A model generated the notes under the pieces. It saw only the letters and a list, made by a program, of their open reading frames with translations. It ran no database searches and was not told where the DNA came from. From NCBI GenBank assembly GCA_034520965.1, contig JAXHMY010000007.1, forward strand, positions 64,001 through 128,000: a DNA stretch of 64,000 nt, read 5' to 3'. Source of the DNA: Spirochaetia bacterium (lineage in GTDB: Bacteria; Spirochaetota; Spirochaetia; DSM-16054; Sediminispirochaetaceae). The position numbers and the translations under genes were made by a program. Below are positions 51,155-61,200 of this stretch, in pieces (position 1 is the first letter of the stretch; the number at the start of each line of letters is the position of its first letter).

Positions 51155-53647
51155 ATGGAAAAGAGCATAGATGTGACAGTGGAGGCCTTGCGACGGGCTG
51201 TGGTGAGTTTTCTGGATGCCTATGGCGAGGCGTCTCTACTAGGGGCGGACTTTACTGCCCTGCTTGAAGGTCGGGGCGTCAAGGAAGGCAGTGTGACAGA
51301 GACCGGCGGGCAGCGGCTATCGGGACAGGCAAAATTCGAAAACCTGCTGCAGGCGGCCGGCGTACAAGAAAACGAAATTTTCCGGCAGGCAGCGGAACAA
51401 CTCGAAACCGCTAATCATCTGCAGGCCGGACCCCTTGAAGTTGGGGGCGTGGAGCTGCCGAAGCGCTTTCTGATGTCGATTTTGGAGGTGCTGCTGCCGG
51501 GGGAGGAGTTGGTTTCGGTGAGGGATGTGGGGCAGTTTGAAAGGCTGGCCAATGTCCGGATTCCAGCGGACGACCGGGAGGACCTTCAAAGGGTAATCGA
51601 TACCTATCCTGTACGGCTGTCAAAGCATGTAATCCGACAGGCACGGTTGTCCGGCAATATTGCCTATCAGTTTATGCCCTTTGTGGAGGAGCTGGATGAT
51701 GCGGGCCTGAAAAATACCTGGGTAGGCCAGTTTCACCGCGGGCTGATAGAACAGATGTATCAGAACCGACCGATCTTTGTTCTGCACATGAGTTGCCCGG
51801 TCTATTGCCGGTTTTGTTTCCGCAAGCATAAGGACACCCGCAATCAGACCGCCCCGACCGTGGAGGATGTGGATGAGGCGATCGAGTATATCCGCACCTC
51901 CCCGCGTATAAAGGAGATTGTACTTACCGGGGGCGAGCCGCTTCTGAACAAGCGGACCCTGACTCGGGCGGTGGAGGGTTTGAAGACGATTCCCCATATT
52001 CAGACCATCCGCATCGCCTCGCGCTGTATATCTTACTACCCCCACCTGTTTTATAAGGATGAGGCCTTCTGGCTCAACTATCTCATGGACACCAACCGTG
52101 AACTGCAGGGGATGGATAAGCGGATCGAAATTGCAACCCACTTTATTCACCCCGATGAGGTATCGCCGCAGAGCCTCGAAATTATCTCCTCCCTGGTGAA
52201 GGCGGGGGTAGAGGTATATACCCAGACACCCTTTCTGAACAACTGCAATGACCAGGGCCCGGAACTTACACAGCTCTATCGGGAGCTGCGGGGGGCCGGA
52301 TCGGAGCTGCACTATATCTACATTCCCGCCAGCCCGATTCAGGGCAACAGCGTCTACTGGACTCCCCTGTCGAAGGGGCACCGCGCCTTTTACCACCTGC
52401 GGGGACACCTCTCCGACCGGGCTATTCCAATACTGTGCACCGCCACCCGCATTGGGAAAATTGATTGGAATGCCAGCGGCTGGGCGGTGGAGCAGAGCCG
52501 GGAGAACCCTGAAAATGTGTGGATCCGCACCCCTTACAACGCCGACTACTACCGGGAGTTTGTACCGGACTTCAATTTTGAAGGGGCCCGGGAGAATGCC
52601 GGCGGGACCATCGATGTTGAGTTTATGGCGAAGATTGGGGAGGATCGGCTATTTCTGGGCAGTTTTGACGGCCGGCCGGCTTTTGAGCGGGAGTTTGATG
52701 CGGAAAAGCTGCGGAGGGTTCAAGACGACCTGGTTGAGATGCGCCGACTTGATGAGGGAGTAGTGCTGACCGGAGTTGAGTCGGTCTTTCGCTCCCACCT
52801 TACCCGGGTGGATGTAGATATCGCCGCAGCAGCCGGAAGCGAGGCGGAATTTGCCGCCGCCCTGGACTATATTCGGCGCGAGCCGGACATTAGCGATGTG
52901 GTACTGTCGGCCAACGTTTCAATTCTCACCCTGCTGGATGAGATCCGCCGCTTTGCTGAAGGAATACATGCAATCCCTCATGTGAATGCCCTGCGGCTGC
53001 GCAGTACAACCTTTACCTATGAGCCGCAGCTGTATACCGACGAGGTGATAACTCAGCTGGCGGATCTACAGAAGCTGACGGCGGTAAATCCGACCAGGAT
53101 AGAAATTGAGGCCCAGTTTATTCACTCCTCCGAGTTCAGACTGGAACACCGGGCGGTTATTTCTAAGTTCCTGGCCCGGGGAATTACCGTGTACAACAAC
53201 ATAATACTTCTAGCCGGTATAAACGACAATGTCGAGGAGATGAAAAAAATCTGCTACAACTGCCGGCAGATCGGTATCGAGCTTTTTCAGCTGTATGTGG
53301 CGGGATTGCCGGTGCAGCAGCGCTACAACGCCGAGCTGCCGATCGATGCAAGCACGGTAATAAACATTGCCACTCACTTGCGGCGCCACCAGAGCGGGCG
53401 GGAGATCCCTCTGTATGTGGTACGGACTCCCTTAGGAGAGGTAGACTTTAACCTGAGCGGCATCATCACCGGCAGCGAAGAGGGCCGGGTGTTCATGAAA
53501 CTGCTTCCCTATTCCCTGGAGTACTTTCAGGGAATAGACCGGAATTTTCGCCTCCCCGAAGAGATACAGGTGAAGGAAGGGTCTCTTATTGCGCCGGTGT
53601 CGGGGCTGACGGTGCAGAGCAACCACTCCTACTTTATCCGCCCCTAG
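51155..53647 (+). CDS. KamA-like radical SAM protein with a duplicated, degenerate second KamA-like domain
   Basis: CPVYCRFCFRK, VLTGGEPL, IRIASR, THFIHPDE, QTPFLNNCND; second half DVVLS...LRLRS...QFIHSSE...NNIILLAGIND lacks CxxxCxxC. Confidence 0.85.
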   Translation: MEKSIDVTVEALRRAVVSFLDAYGEASLLGADFTALLEGRGVKEGSVTETGGQRLSGQAKFENLLQAAGVQENEIFRQAAEQLETANHLQAGPLEVGGVELPKRFLMSILEVLLPGEELVSVRDVGQFERLANVRIPADDREDLQRVIDTYPVRLSKHVIRQARLSGNIAYQFMPFVEELDDAGLKNTWVGQFHRGLIEQMYQNRPIFVLHMSCPVYCRFCFRKHKDTRNQTAPTVEDVDEAIEYIRTSPRIKEIVLTGGEPLLNKRTLTRAVEGLKTIPHIQTIRIASRCISYYPHLFYKDEAFWLNYLMDTNRELQGMDKRIEIATHFIHPDEVSPQSLEIISSLVKAGVEVYTQTPFLNNCNDQGPELTQLYRELRGAGSELHYIYIPASPIQGNSVYWTPLSKGHRAFYHLRGHLSDRAIPILCTATRIGKIDWNASGWAVEQSRENPENVWIRTPYNADYYREFVPDFNFEGARENAGGTIDVEFMAKIGEDRLFLGSFDGRPAFEREFDAEKLRRVQDDLVEMRRLDEGVVLTGVESVFRSHLTRVDVDIAAAAGSEAEFAAALDYIRREPDISDVVLSANVSILTLLDEIRRFAEGIHAIPHVNALRLRSTTFTYEPQLYTDEVITQLADLQKLTAVNPTRIEIEAQFIHSSEFRLEHRAVISKFLARGITVYNNIILLAGINDNVEEMKKICYNCRQIGIELFQLYVAGLPVQQRYNAELPIDASTVINIATHLRRHQSGREIPLYVVRTPLGEVDFNLSGIITGSEEGRVFMKLLPYSLEYFQGIDRNFRLPEEIQVKEGSLIAPVSGLTVQSNHSYFIRP

Positions 53648-53687
53648 GATCATAGCGGGAACGGGGCTAAGGGGTGGGGCCGGCGGC

Positions 53688-54371
53688 TTAAGACAGGGTC
53701 TGCAGTTTAAGGACTAAGTTGGGGTCCGGGCAGAGCTTCAAGAACTCTTCCCGGTCCTCCGGGGCGCAGACCCCGGGGAAATCTCCGCTGCGTCCGCCTA
53801 GGTCTTCAATTACTTCAAAGTGGAGGTGGGGCGGCCAGTTGCCGTTTACGGTGCTGTCGCCTACATCGGCTATTTTCTGTCCTGCGGTAACGGCCTGTCC
53901 CGGTGTCGGCCAGGACAGGGATTCACGGGACAGGTGCCCGTACAGCGTGTAAAACTGCAGCCCCTCTAAAGTGTGCGAAAGGATAATAGTGGGCCCGTAG
54001 TCGCCGATTCCCCGGTTCTCCTGAAAGCTGTGCACATGTCCGTCATAGGGGGTCAGCACCGGAGTTCCGGCCTCGACCCAGAGGTCGATGCCCAGGTGGA
54101 AGGACCTTACTTTCCCCTGGGCAAACAGACCGCTGTGGCGATAGATGCTGCGGTCCTCTTTATAGCCCCCGAGGCCGATCCGGCTGCCGGCCTGTCGCAT
54201 TTTTCCAAACACGTAAGCGGTAAATTTGGCGGTATCCGCCGGATCGATTCCCTGCAGTTCGGGGTTATCCTCGGTAAAATCGAAGAGGACACACTCCTCT
54301 TGGTCCGGATCGAAGGGGAGGACATGCGCTTTGGCTTGGCGGCGTAACAGCTGTTCCAGTTTTTTGCTCAT
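53688..54371 (-). CDS. M23 family metallopeptidase
   Basis: FHLGIDLW (HxxxD), TLYGHLS and PPHLHFE (HxH) motifs; probable start MSKKL. Confidence 0.85.
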   Translation of the reverse strand: MSKKLEQLLRRQAKAHVLPFDPDQEECVLFDFTEDNPELQGIDPADTAKFTAYVFGKMRQAGSRIGLGGYKEDRSIYRHSGLFAQGKVRSFHLGIDLWVEAGTPVLTPYDGHVHSFQENRGIGDYGPTIILSHTLEGLQFYTLYGHLSRESLSWPTPGQAVTAGQKIADVGDSTVNGNWPPHLHFEVIEDLGGRSGDFPGVCAPEDREEFLKLCPDPNLVLKLQTLS

Positions 54372-54402
54372 GGGCTGATAATAGGACAGCAGGGCGAGTG
54401 AG

Positions 54403-55482
54403 TCAACGTTTAACCCGGGCGTTGCCCTCAAAGATGCTCCACACCTGCTCTTCGTCGGCGGGCTGGCCGTAGTCGGTTTCGAAGGTGGTTGCCAGGGCTC
54501 CGGTTGCCCAGCCGAACTGGGCCCATTTTTCCGGCTCCCAGCCGCGGAGCACTCCGTAGAGCAGGCCTCCGACAAAACCGTCGCCCCCGCCGATGCGGTC
54601 CAGCACGTCGATCTCGCGCGGTTCGATGACATGCCACTGGTCCTCGGCGAACATGATTGCTCCCCAGAAATGGCGGTTTGCACTGACCACCTGCCGCAGG
54701 GTGGTGGCAAAGACCGACGCGTTGGGGTACTCTTTTTTGACCCGCTCTATCATTCCCTTAAAGCCGTCGATCTTTGCGGCGATGTCCTTACCCCCGGACT
54801 CCGGCCCCTGGATACCCAGGGTAAGCTGAAAATCCTCTTCATTCCCGACTAAAATGTCCGCCAGTCCGGCAATTTCGCTGAAAATCTCACGCAGTTCCTG
54901 TTCGCGGCCTTCCCAGAAGGAGGCACGATAGTTTAGGTCGAAGGAGACGCGGGTTCCGTGTTCCTTTGCCGCCCGGGCCAGTTCAAGACAAAAACGGCCG
55001 GTTTCCGGGGACAGTGCCCCCACCAGGCCGGAGATATGGATAATCTGTACGCCCTCTTGGCCGAATATCCGCTCCAGGTCGAAGTCCTTTACATTCAGGG
55101 TACGTCCGACTTCACCGGCGCGGTCGTTGAACACCCGCGGGCCCCGGGCGCCGAAACCGCCGTCGGCTATGTTGATCTGATGCCGGTAGCCCCACGGGCC
55201 GCCCTGTTCTACCTCTTTGCCTTCAAAATCCATGTGGCGCTGCTGGAGGTTGTCCTTGATCATCCGGGCGATCGGGCTGTCCTTTACAAAGGTGGTGAGA
55301 ATTTTCACGGGGAGCCCCAGAAAGGAGGAAACACTGCCGACATTCGACTCGGCGCTGGTAACCTGCATTTTGAACATGTCGCTCGAATGAACGGGCTGAC
55401 GGTTCTGCGGGGTAATTCTTATGCCCATGCTGGTGGGAATAACTAGGGAATAACGATAATCTTTTTTCAGTGAAATACTCAT
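54403..55482 (-). CDS. PfkB family sugar kinase (KDG kinase-like)
   Basis: SFDLNYRASFW, GNEEDF and DRIGGGDGFVGG motifs. Confidence 0.9.
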   Translation of the reverse strand: MSISLKKDYRYSLVIPTSMGIRITPQNRQPVHSSDMFKMQVTSAESNVGSVSSFLGLPVKILTTFVKDSPIARMIKDNLQQRHMDFEGKEVEQGGPWGYRHQINIADGGFGARGPRVFNDRAGEVGRTLNVKDFDLERIFGQEGVQIIHISGLVGALSPETGRFCLELARAAKEHGTRVSFDLNYRASFWEGREQELREIFSEIAGLADILVGNEEDFQLTLGIQGPESGGKDIAAKIDGFKGMIERVKKEYPNASVFATTLRQVVSANRHFWGAIMFAEDQWHVIEPREIDVLDRIGGGDGFVGGLLYGVLRGWEPEKWAQFGWATGALATTFETDYGQPADEEQVWSIFEGNARVKR

Positions 55483-55582
55483 AACTTACACTCCAATTTC
55501 ATGGTTTCGTTTAACTTCGAATAACAAAAGTATTACATAGTTATAGTAGCATAGCTTGCTTTTAGAGTATAGATCAAAGTGG

Positions 55583-55612
55583 AAAAAAACGGCCGCCCCG
55601 CAGGGCGACCTA
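55583..55612 (-). terminator. Intrinsic terminator after the Ig-like lipoprotein gene
   Basis: Minus strand GGTCGCCC-TGCG-GGGCGGCC-GTTTTTTT. Confidence 0.7.
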
Positions 55613-55646
55613 TTAGATTGGGGGAAAAATGAAGACAAATTAAAGA

Positions 55647-57593
55647 TCAATAAATCTCGACTTCATATACCTGAAAGTGCGTCAACGAGTTGGCGTTACT
55701 CCCGCTGAGCAGGTAAATATAAGTGCCGTCAAAATAAATATCGTGCACTTCGCCGGAAACATCCGGAATTTGCGCCGATACCAGGATCTGGTTGCTGGAA
55801 GAACGGAGGTCAACGAAACCGATACCGCTGCCCCCGCGGGCTACCGCGGCGTACTGGTCCCAGACCGACACATCCTCTACGCCGGAGATGTTAACTGAAC
55901 GATCATAAGTGATATCGCTTGGAACGGTGACATCATAGATCACTATACCATTGGTACCGCTGTTGCCGATAACCATATATTCACCGTCGTACTGATCGAT
56001 GGAGGTGATATCGGCGCCGTTAGATAGATCTGAGTCTAAAGATTGAGTGTCCGCCAATGTTGCACCGCCCTGGGAAAAGTCGGTGGTGTCATAGGCCTGC
56101 AGTGTGTTGAGGGGTTCATTGTCGTAATATACTGAGCCTATATAAGTGTAACCGCCCATAGTTTCCATTACCTTGGCGCTATTAAGGTACCAATTATCGT
56201 AATAAATAGTGCCGGACCCCAAATTACTGCGGAATACCCCGATAAGGTCGTTTGAATACACCTTCACAAGCTGCCCGTTGCCGCTGTGGGCGATCAGCCC
56301 TGTATTGGTATAATTACTGGATTCATAGTCTACGTCTGAAAAATCATTGATATTTACTTTACGAATCGGATCTGATCCATGGCCGATGTACACATATGAG
56401 CCGTCGGATAGGATGGTTTCGGGATCAGTGCGGATGTCGTAGTTTTCGGTTATGGCGATGTTGTTTATATTGTTCAGATTGATTCGGTACAGTCGTCCGT
56501 ATGTCTTCCCGCTGAGGTTGCGGCTGATGACAAAGGCTTGGTCGCCTTCCACCACGAAATCTTCAAAATAGGGGTTTGTAGAGGAAACTGAATCGAGAAA
56601 GGTGATGTTCACCTCTTTGTACTTGGTGGTGAAGCTGCTGGAGAATGTTGCGGCGAGGGAATTTCCGGCCAGGTCCTCTACACCGGTAGAAACTTCCACC
56701 GTGTAGGATTCGTTGTTGTAGTCGAGGTTTCCGGAAAGTGTGAGTGTAGCAACCCTGGTGGTCGAATTGTAGCTTACGCTGGTGCCTCCGAGGTTGGAGC
56801 CGGAAGTGCGGCTGATACGGAGGGTAGAGGTAGTTACAGTTGCGGCGTTTACCGGCTCGTTGAACTGGATCTGTACGTTCGTATCTACGTCCACTCCACT
56901 GGCTCCGTTAGAGGGGGTGGCAGAAGAGACCTGCGGCGGGTCGACATCGAGAATGATGCTGTCGGAGTAGCGGGGTGAAACCGTACCGGTGTCGTCCTTG
57001 AACCAGGCATATACTGTTTTCGCACCGCTGCTGCTGGTAAGAGTCCAGGCGCTGCTGGTGGAGTAGTCCTGCCAAAAGTCATCGGCGTAAGTGCCGGAGT
57101 TGGAGATGCGCATGTCGGTAATGGTATTGCCGTTTTCGGCGTACAGTTCGAGGGAGACTGAAGGGGTGGTGCTGTATTGGGCGCCGCCGTTGATTTCGAT
57201 TGAACCGACGCTGTCGGCAATCACCGGGCGTATAGTGGCATCTCCACCGCTGACGGTCACTTCAACCGTAGCAGAATTGGCGTCACTGAAGCTAACTGTT
57301 CCCTGGCTTGAAGAAGTATCAACCTCCCATTCGATGAAGAAGTAGCCATTCTCGGGAAAGACTTTGATAGTTTCAGGATATCCCTCTTTTACATTGAAAG
57401 TGCCCTTGGGAGAGACCTCGGCATTAGTCGCATCTTCCACATTCAGAGTAAAGGAGAGGGCTTTGGCGTATTTTACCTCTTCCCGCACTACCTCAGAGAG
57501 GGGATTCTGACAACTTATGAGCGCCACGCTCAGAAAAACTAGTAAAAGTGTCGCCCTTGTGTTCTTGCTTGGATTCATTCTTCTTCTGTCCAT
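55647..57593 (-). CDS. Surface lipoprotein with Ig-like (Big_5-type) domains and a C-terminal LVIVD-like propeller
   Basis: Lipobox LISC-QNPL; DVDPPQVSSATPSNGASGVDVDTNVQIQFNEPV; YTVEVSTGVEDLAGN; GIVIYDVTVP. Confidence 0.75.
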   Translation of the reverse strand: MDRRRMNPSKNTRATLLLVFLSVALISCQNPLSEVVREEVKYAKALSFTLNVEDATNAEVSPKGTFNVKEGYPETIKVFPENGYFFIEWEVDTSSSQGTVSFSDANSATVEVTVSGGDATIRPVIADSVGSIEINGGAQYSTTPSVSLELYAENGNTITDMRISNSGTYADDFWQDYSTSSAWTLTSSSGAKTVYAWFKDDTGTVSPRYSDSIILDVDPPQVSSATPSNGASGVDVDTNVQIQFNEPVNAATVTTSTLRISRTSGSNLGGTSVSYNSTTRVATLTLSGNLDYNNESYTVEVSTGVEDLAGNSLAATFSSSFTTKYKEVNITFLDSVSSTNPYFEDFVVEGDQAFVISRNLSGKTYGRLYRINLNNINNIAITENYDIRTDPETILSDGSYVYIGHGSDPIRKVNINDFSDVDYESSNYTNTGLIAHSGNGQLVKVYSNDLIGVFRSNLGSGTIYYDNWYLNSAKVMETMGGYTYIGSVYYDNEPLNTLQAYDTTDFSQGGATLADTQSLDSDLSNGADITSIDQYDGEYMVIGNSGTNGIVIYDVTVPSDITYDRSVNISGVEDVSVWDQYAAVARGGSGIGFVDLRSSSNQILVSAQIPDVSGEVHDIYFDGTYIYLLSGSNANSLTHFQVYEVEIY

Positions 57594-59674
57594 ACCATGT
57601 CCCTCCTTTTGTCGGCCGAGCTGGCCCGGCCGGCTGACTGCGAATTGGTGTCGAGGTAGGCAAAGCGATTCGCCAGGTTCTCGTCCTGGGCGGCCGCCTG
57701 CTGGTAGTACTGCCCAGCGATTGATCCGTTTTCGAGCTCGTAGTGGACCTTTGCCAGAGAAATGAGCACGCCCTTGTGGGCCGGCTCCATTAGGTAGGCT
57801 TGGGTAAACAGCTCGAGTGCCTTACTGTAGTCCTCTTCTAAAAAAGCAATATTGCCGAGGTTTACATAGGCCGGAAAATATTTGTTAGTCATTTCCATTA
57901 TTTTGCGGAATTCACGCTCGGCCTCCGCATAGCGTCCGTAGCGTGCATATATGCTGCCGATTTTGTTGAGTGCCGCCGGTGAGGCCTGTCCGTTATATCG
58001 GGCAGCAATCTTACTCCTCCACTGCTCTATTTCGAGGTCGACAATCTTGAGGCTGCTGCGTTCTATGCGGTTTGCAGTTGCGGTTTCAGTTGGAAAGCTA
58101 ATCTCGGAGCCGGTAGTTTCACTGCGGGTAAATCCGACAGGCTGGTAAACCTTCCAGGCATTGGAAACTTCAACAAAAACCGCCTGATCTTGGGGCTGGT
58201 ATTTCCTCCATTCGGATGCACCGTAATCCCAGGCGGAAGTAAAAGATTCACCGACCATGGTAATTTCCACCGGCAGCCAGACCCTCTGATCGTGCACTAT
58301 GAGCGAATCGGGTTTGGAGAAGGTACGCAGGGCTTCCTGCGGGATGATCCCGAGGTCAAAGGCCACATAGATGTGGCCAGGCACGGTAATAAAGGCCGAT
58401 GAGATTCCTAAAGATTCCAATAGGGCGGCATACAAAATAGACAAATCGTCGCAGTCCCCCGACTTGTACTGAATGGTTTGCCGGGGAAACTGCAGATAGT
58501 CAATCGCACTTTTGTTTTCATAGAACTCTTCATACGGAGTTTGCGGGTCGATGACATAAGAGAGCCCGTATTCTCCGAGCACCTCATACAGTGCTAATGC
58601 TTTGACGAAGTTGTCATTGATCACTTCCAGCCCTTTCCGACGGGTGGTTCCTGCTGCCAGCCGTGACAATTGAAGGACCATTGGATCTTTGGCCGATACG
58701 AAGGCGGCTGCTTTGCGGTCATCATCCCAGGTCATGCCGTTGCGGTTGATAATGTTGATGGTTTTTGAGAGGCCGGCGGTTTTCTCGACTCCGCGGTAAG
58801 TGTACTTTACCTGGATCTCTCCCGAAACGGCAGTTTCCTCAACAACCGAAAGGATATCGTCACGAAAGAGGGCATAGAGCGGAATTTCGGTGCTTTCACC
58901 GCGCTTCAGCACTTCGACCTCTGAACTGAGCTTAGAGCGTTCCATGAACTGGTCTACAAAGAAGGAGACCCGCACGTTTTTGATTTCTCCGGGTTCATCG
59001 TTTTTTATTGTTACAGTGCCAAGGTTATTGGCATCGTAGTAGCTGTAGAATACCGGGAAAACCGGTCGAATTTGCGAGTCTTCGAACCTGAGACGAACCG
59101 GGCCGGCTTTCCGGCTGCCGAACTCCCAGGTAATGCCGATGCCGCTGTGAAGGCCTTCGAACACTCCCGGTTCATAACGATACCCGGCCGATACTGCAAC
59201 CTTGAATCCGGGGGAGAGAGCTGTTTCGGTGCGCAAGCCACCGGTTACAATACTACCGCTTCCTGTGGCTGTATCGCCATCAAAGGTCTCTATAAAGCCG
59301 TAGGAGTAACCTCCGCGGGCGAACAAAGAGAGGTCGAGCCAGGGCGCGACCGGGAGTTTGAGCCCGCCGCCGCCCGAAAGGGATACGTTAGTCAGAGCCT
59401 TTTGGGCGCTGGTCTGGCTGTAAAGATTTGTTAGTGATGTTTCCAGGAAGAAAGGTGCCAGGCCGGGAGAAGAGTAGTGCAGTGCCACTTCTCCACCGGC
59501 GGCCATTGAATAGAGCTCCTGATATTCACCGGTTGGATAAGAAGCTAAAGGAGTGATGCTTAGGCCGACGGAATTCTGATTTTGGGCATGAATGTTTAGA
59601 ATGGACCATTGACCGAAACCCAGCAATAAAATAAATACTACAGCGAATCTAAAAAACCTGGTGTTTTTAAGCAT
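57575..59674 (-). CDS. Exported protein: N-terminal beta-barrel-like region, transglutaminase-like domain, C-terminal TPRs
   Basis: Signal peptide; GDCDDLSILYAALLESLG...PGHIYVAF...WLPVEIT (Cys-His-acid); TPR AYVNLGNIAF. Confidence 0.75.
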   Translation of the reverse strand: MLKNTRFFRFAVVFILLLGFGQWSILNIHAQNQNSVGLSITPLASYPTGEYQELYSMAAGGEVALHYSSPGLAPFFLETSLTNLYSQTSAQKALTNVSLSGGGGLKLPVAPWLDLSLFARGGYSYGFIETFDGDTATGSGSIVTGGLRTETALSPGFKVAVSAGYRYEPGVFEGLHSGIGITWEFGSRKAGPVRLRFEDSQIRPVFPVFYSYYDANNLGTVTIKNDEPGEIKNVRVSFFVDQFMERSKLSSEVEVLKRGESTEIPLYALFRDDILSVVEETAVSGEIQVKYTYRGVEKTAGLSKTINIINRNGMTWDDDRKAAAFVSAKDPMVLQLSRLAAGTTRRKGLEVINDNFVKALALYEVLGEYGLSYVIDPQTPYEEFYENKSAIDYLQFPRQTIQYKSGDCDDLSILYAALLESLGISSAFITVPGHIYVAFDLGIIPQEALRTFSKPDSLIVHDQRVWLPVEITMVGESFTSAWDYGASEWRKYQPQDQAVFVEVSNAWKVYQPVGFTRSETTGSEISFPTETATANRIERSSLKIVDLEIEQWRSKIAARYNGQASPAALNKIGSIYARYGRYAEAEREFRKIMEMTNKYFPAYVNLGNIAFLEEDYSKALELFTQAYLMEPAHKGVLISLAKVHYELENGSIAGQYYQQAAAQDENLANRFAYLDTNSQSAGRASSADKRRDMVWTEEE

Positions 59675-59910
59675 ACTGTTCCCCTTTCTGAGACAAATAA
59701 AACATTACATAATTACTAATCTATAGCATCGGCAACTTGAAATCAAATTATATGATAAAAAAAGTCATGTTTTTACATGCAGAGAAGGGTGGCAGTTGTG
59801 TATGAGAAGGAGAAAATGAAAAGCTGCCCTGTGCTCTCTGTCTCTTCTTGAAAATAAAAGTTTTGGATTGACGGGCTGAAGCTGTTATACTCCATAGAAA
59901 GGAGTTATAT

Positions 59911-60102
59911 ATGCTTAGATTTATTGTAGGAATTATATTCGGAGTTTTAGCGGTAATTTTTATCCTGCAGAACGTGCAGGTAGTTGAGTTCAGCTTTCTG
60001 ATGTGGACCATATCTATGTCAAGGTCGGTACTGTTCGCACTGATGCTGGGGGTCGGGTTCGTACTGGGCTGGGGGGGTCGGCAGCTAGGTATGCTCGGCT
60101 GA
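59911..60102 (+). CDS. LapA-domain small membrane protein (3' end probably frameshifted)
   Basis: AVIFILQNVQVVEFSFLMW...GVGFVLGW; AGGAG RBS. Confidence 0.7.
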   Translation: MLRFIVGIIFGVLAVIFILQNVQVVEFSFLMWTISMSRSVLFALMLGVGFVLGWGGRQLGMLG

Positions 60103-60232
60103 CCCCACGCCGACCCGGTGCTTATCGCGGTGCCGCGGAGTGGGGGCGGCGGCGGCGCGAGCAGGGCAGTGCTAGAACCCGGGCTGGGTGGCCGTTGCGA
60201 TGAGGTTTTAAAAGTCTATGATGGAGAGTTAA

Positions 60233-61174
60233 ATGGCCGATCGGATTGAGACCTGTCTGGCCTGCGGTTTGGAGGAGCTGCAGACGTGGGCTTTTTTGCC
60301 GGCACAGATGCATACGACCCATGAGGAGTTTGAGTTTCAGCGGTGCGGGAATTGCGGGCTGGTGCAGCTGAATCCGCGGGTGAGCCCGGAGGAACTGGGC
60401 CGGTACTACAGCCAGTATTATCTGCCCTTTCGGGGGCCGGAGGCGTGGGGAAAATATGCGCATCTGGTGGCGATGAATCTGCGGAAGACCGATCGGAAGC
60501 GGGCTGCACTGGCGCGGAGAGCTGTTTCGAGGCAGCACCCGGGGACGGCCGGACGGGTGCTGGATGTGGGTTGTGGGAAACCGACATTTTTGGAGCTGCT
60601 GCAGTCGCAGACCGGATGGTACGCCAAGGGAATCGACTTTAGCGACGAGGGGTGGCGCAGCGAGTCTACGCGGTTTGCGGGGCTGGACCTGGAAGTGGCG
60701 GAGTTCAAGCATTTTGAGGCTGATACAGCCTTTGATTTAATAACTATGTGGCATTATCTGGAGCACGATTACCACCCCCATGAAACGCTGCGCCGGATGA
60801 AGGCAGTTGCCCACAGTGATACGCGCTTGCTTATTGAAGTGCCCAATTTTGCTTCGTGGACCCGAACGGTGCAGGGGCGTTACTGGGAGGGGTTTCATAC
60901 TCCCCGGCATACGGCTGTGTATTCACCGGCAACGCTGCAGAGGCTGCTGGAGCGCAGCGGCTGGCGGGTTGAGCAGCTGCGGCGCTATGGTACTCTCGAT
61001 GCGTACCCCCTGTTCTGGATGGGCCTGCAGGAACGAGGCGGGATAGACTGGAGCACCTCGATGGAGGGGAAGTTTATCGGATTCATGGCGGGGATGCTGC
61101 TGACCGCACCCCTGTTTCTGTTAAAACGCTGGCTGCCGGCGGGGGTTATGACCGTGGTTGCCAGGCCGGAATAG
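60233..61174 (+). CDS. Class I SAM-dependent methyltransferase with an N-terminal Zn ribbon
   Basis: CLAC...CGNCGL, VLDVGCG, FDLITMWHYLEH and LIEVPN motifs. Confidence 0.9.
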   Translation: MADRIETCLACGLEELQTWAFLPAQMHTTHEEFEFQRCGNCGLVQLNPRVSPEELGRYYSQYYLPFRGPEAWGKYAHLVAMNLRKTDRKRAALARRAVSRQHPGTAGRVLDVGCGKPTFLELLQSQTGWYAKGIDFSDEGWRSESTRFAGLDLEVAEFKHFEADTAFDLITMWHYLEHDYHPHETLRRMKAVAHSDTRLLIEVPNFASWTRTVQGRYWEGFHTPRHTAVYSPATLQRLLERSGWRVEQLRRYGTLDAYPLFWMGLQERGGIDWSTSMEGKFIGFMAGMLLTAPLFLLKRWLPAGVMTVVARPE

Positions 61175-61200
61175 AGCCGGCGGGGGTATTACCGTGGTGG

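Noticed and set aside
53688..54710. 340-aa version of the M23 ORF
   Set aside because: The N-terminal ~113 aa overlap the PfkB gene out of frame; the plausible start is ATG 54371.
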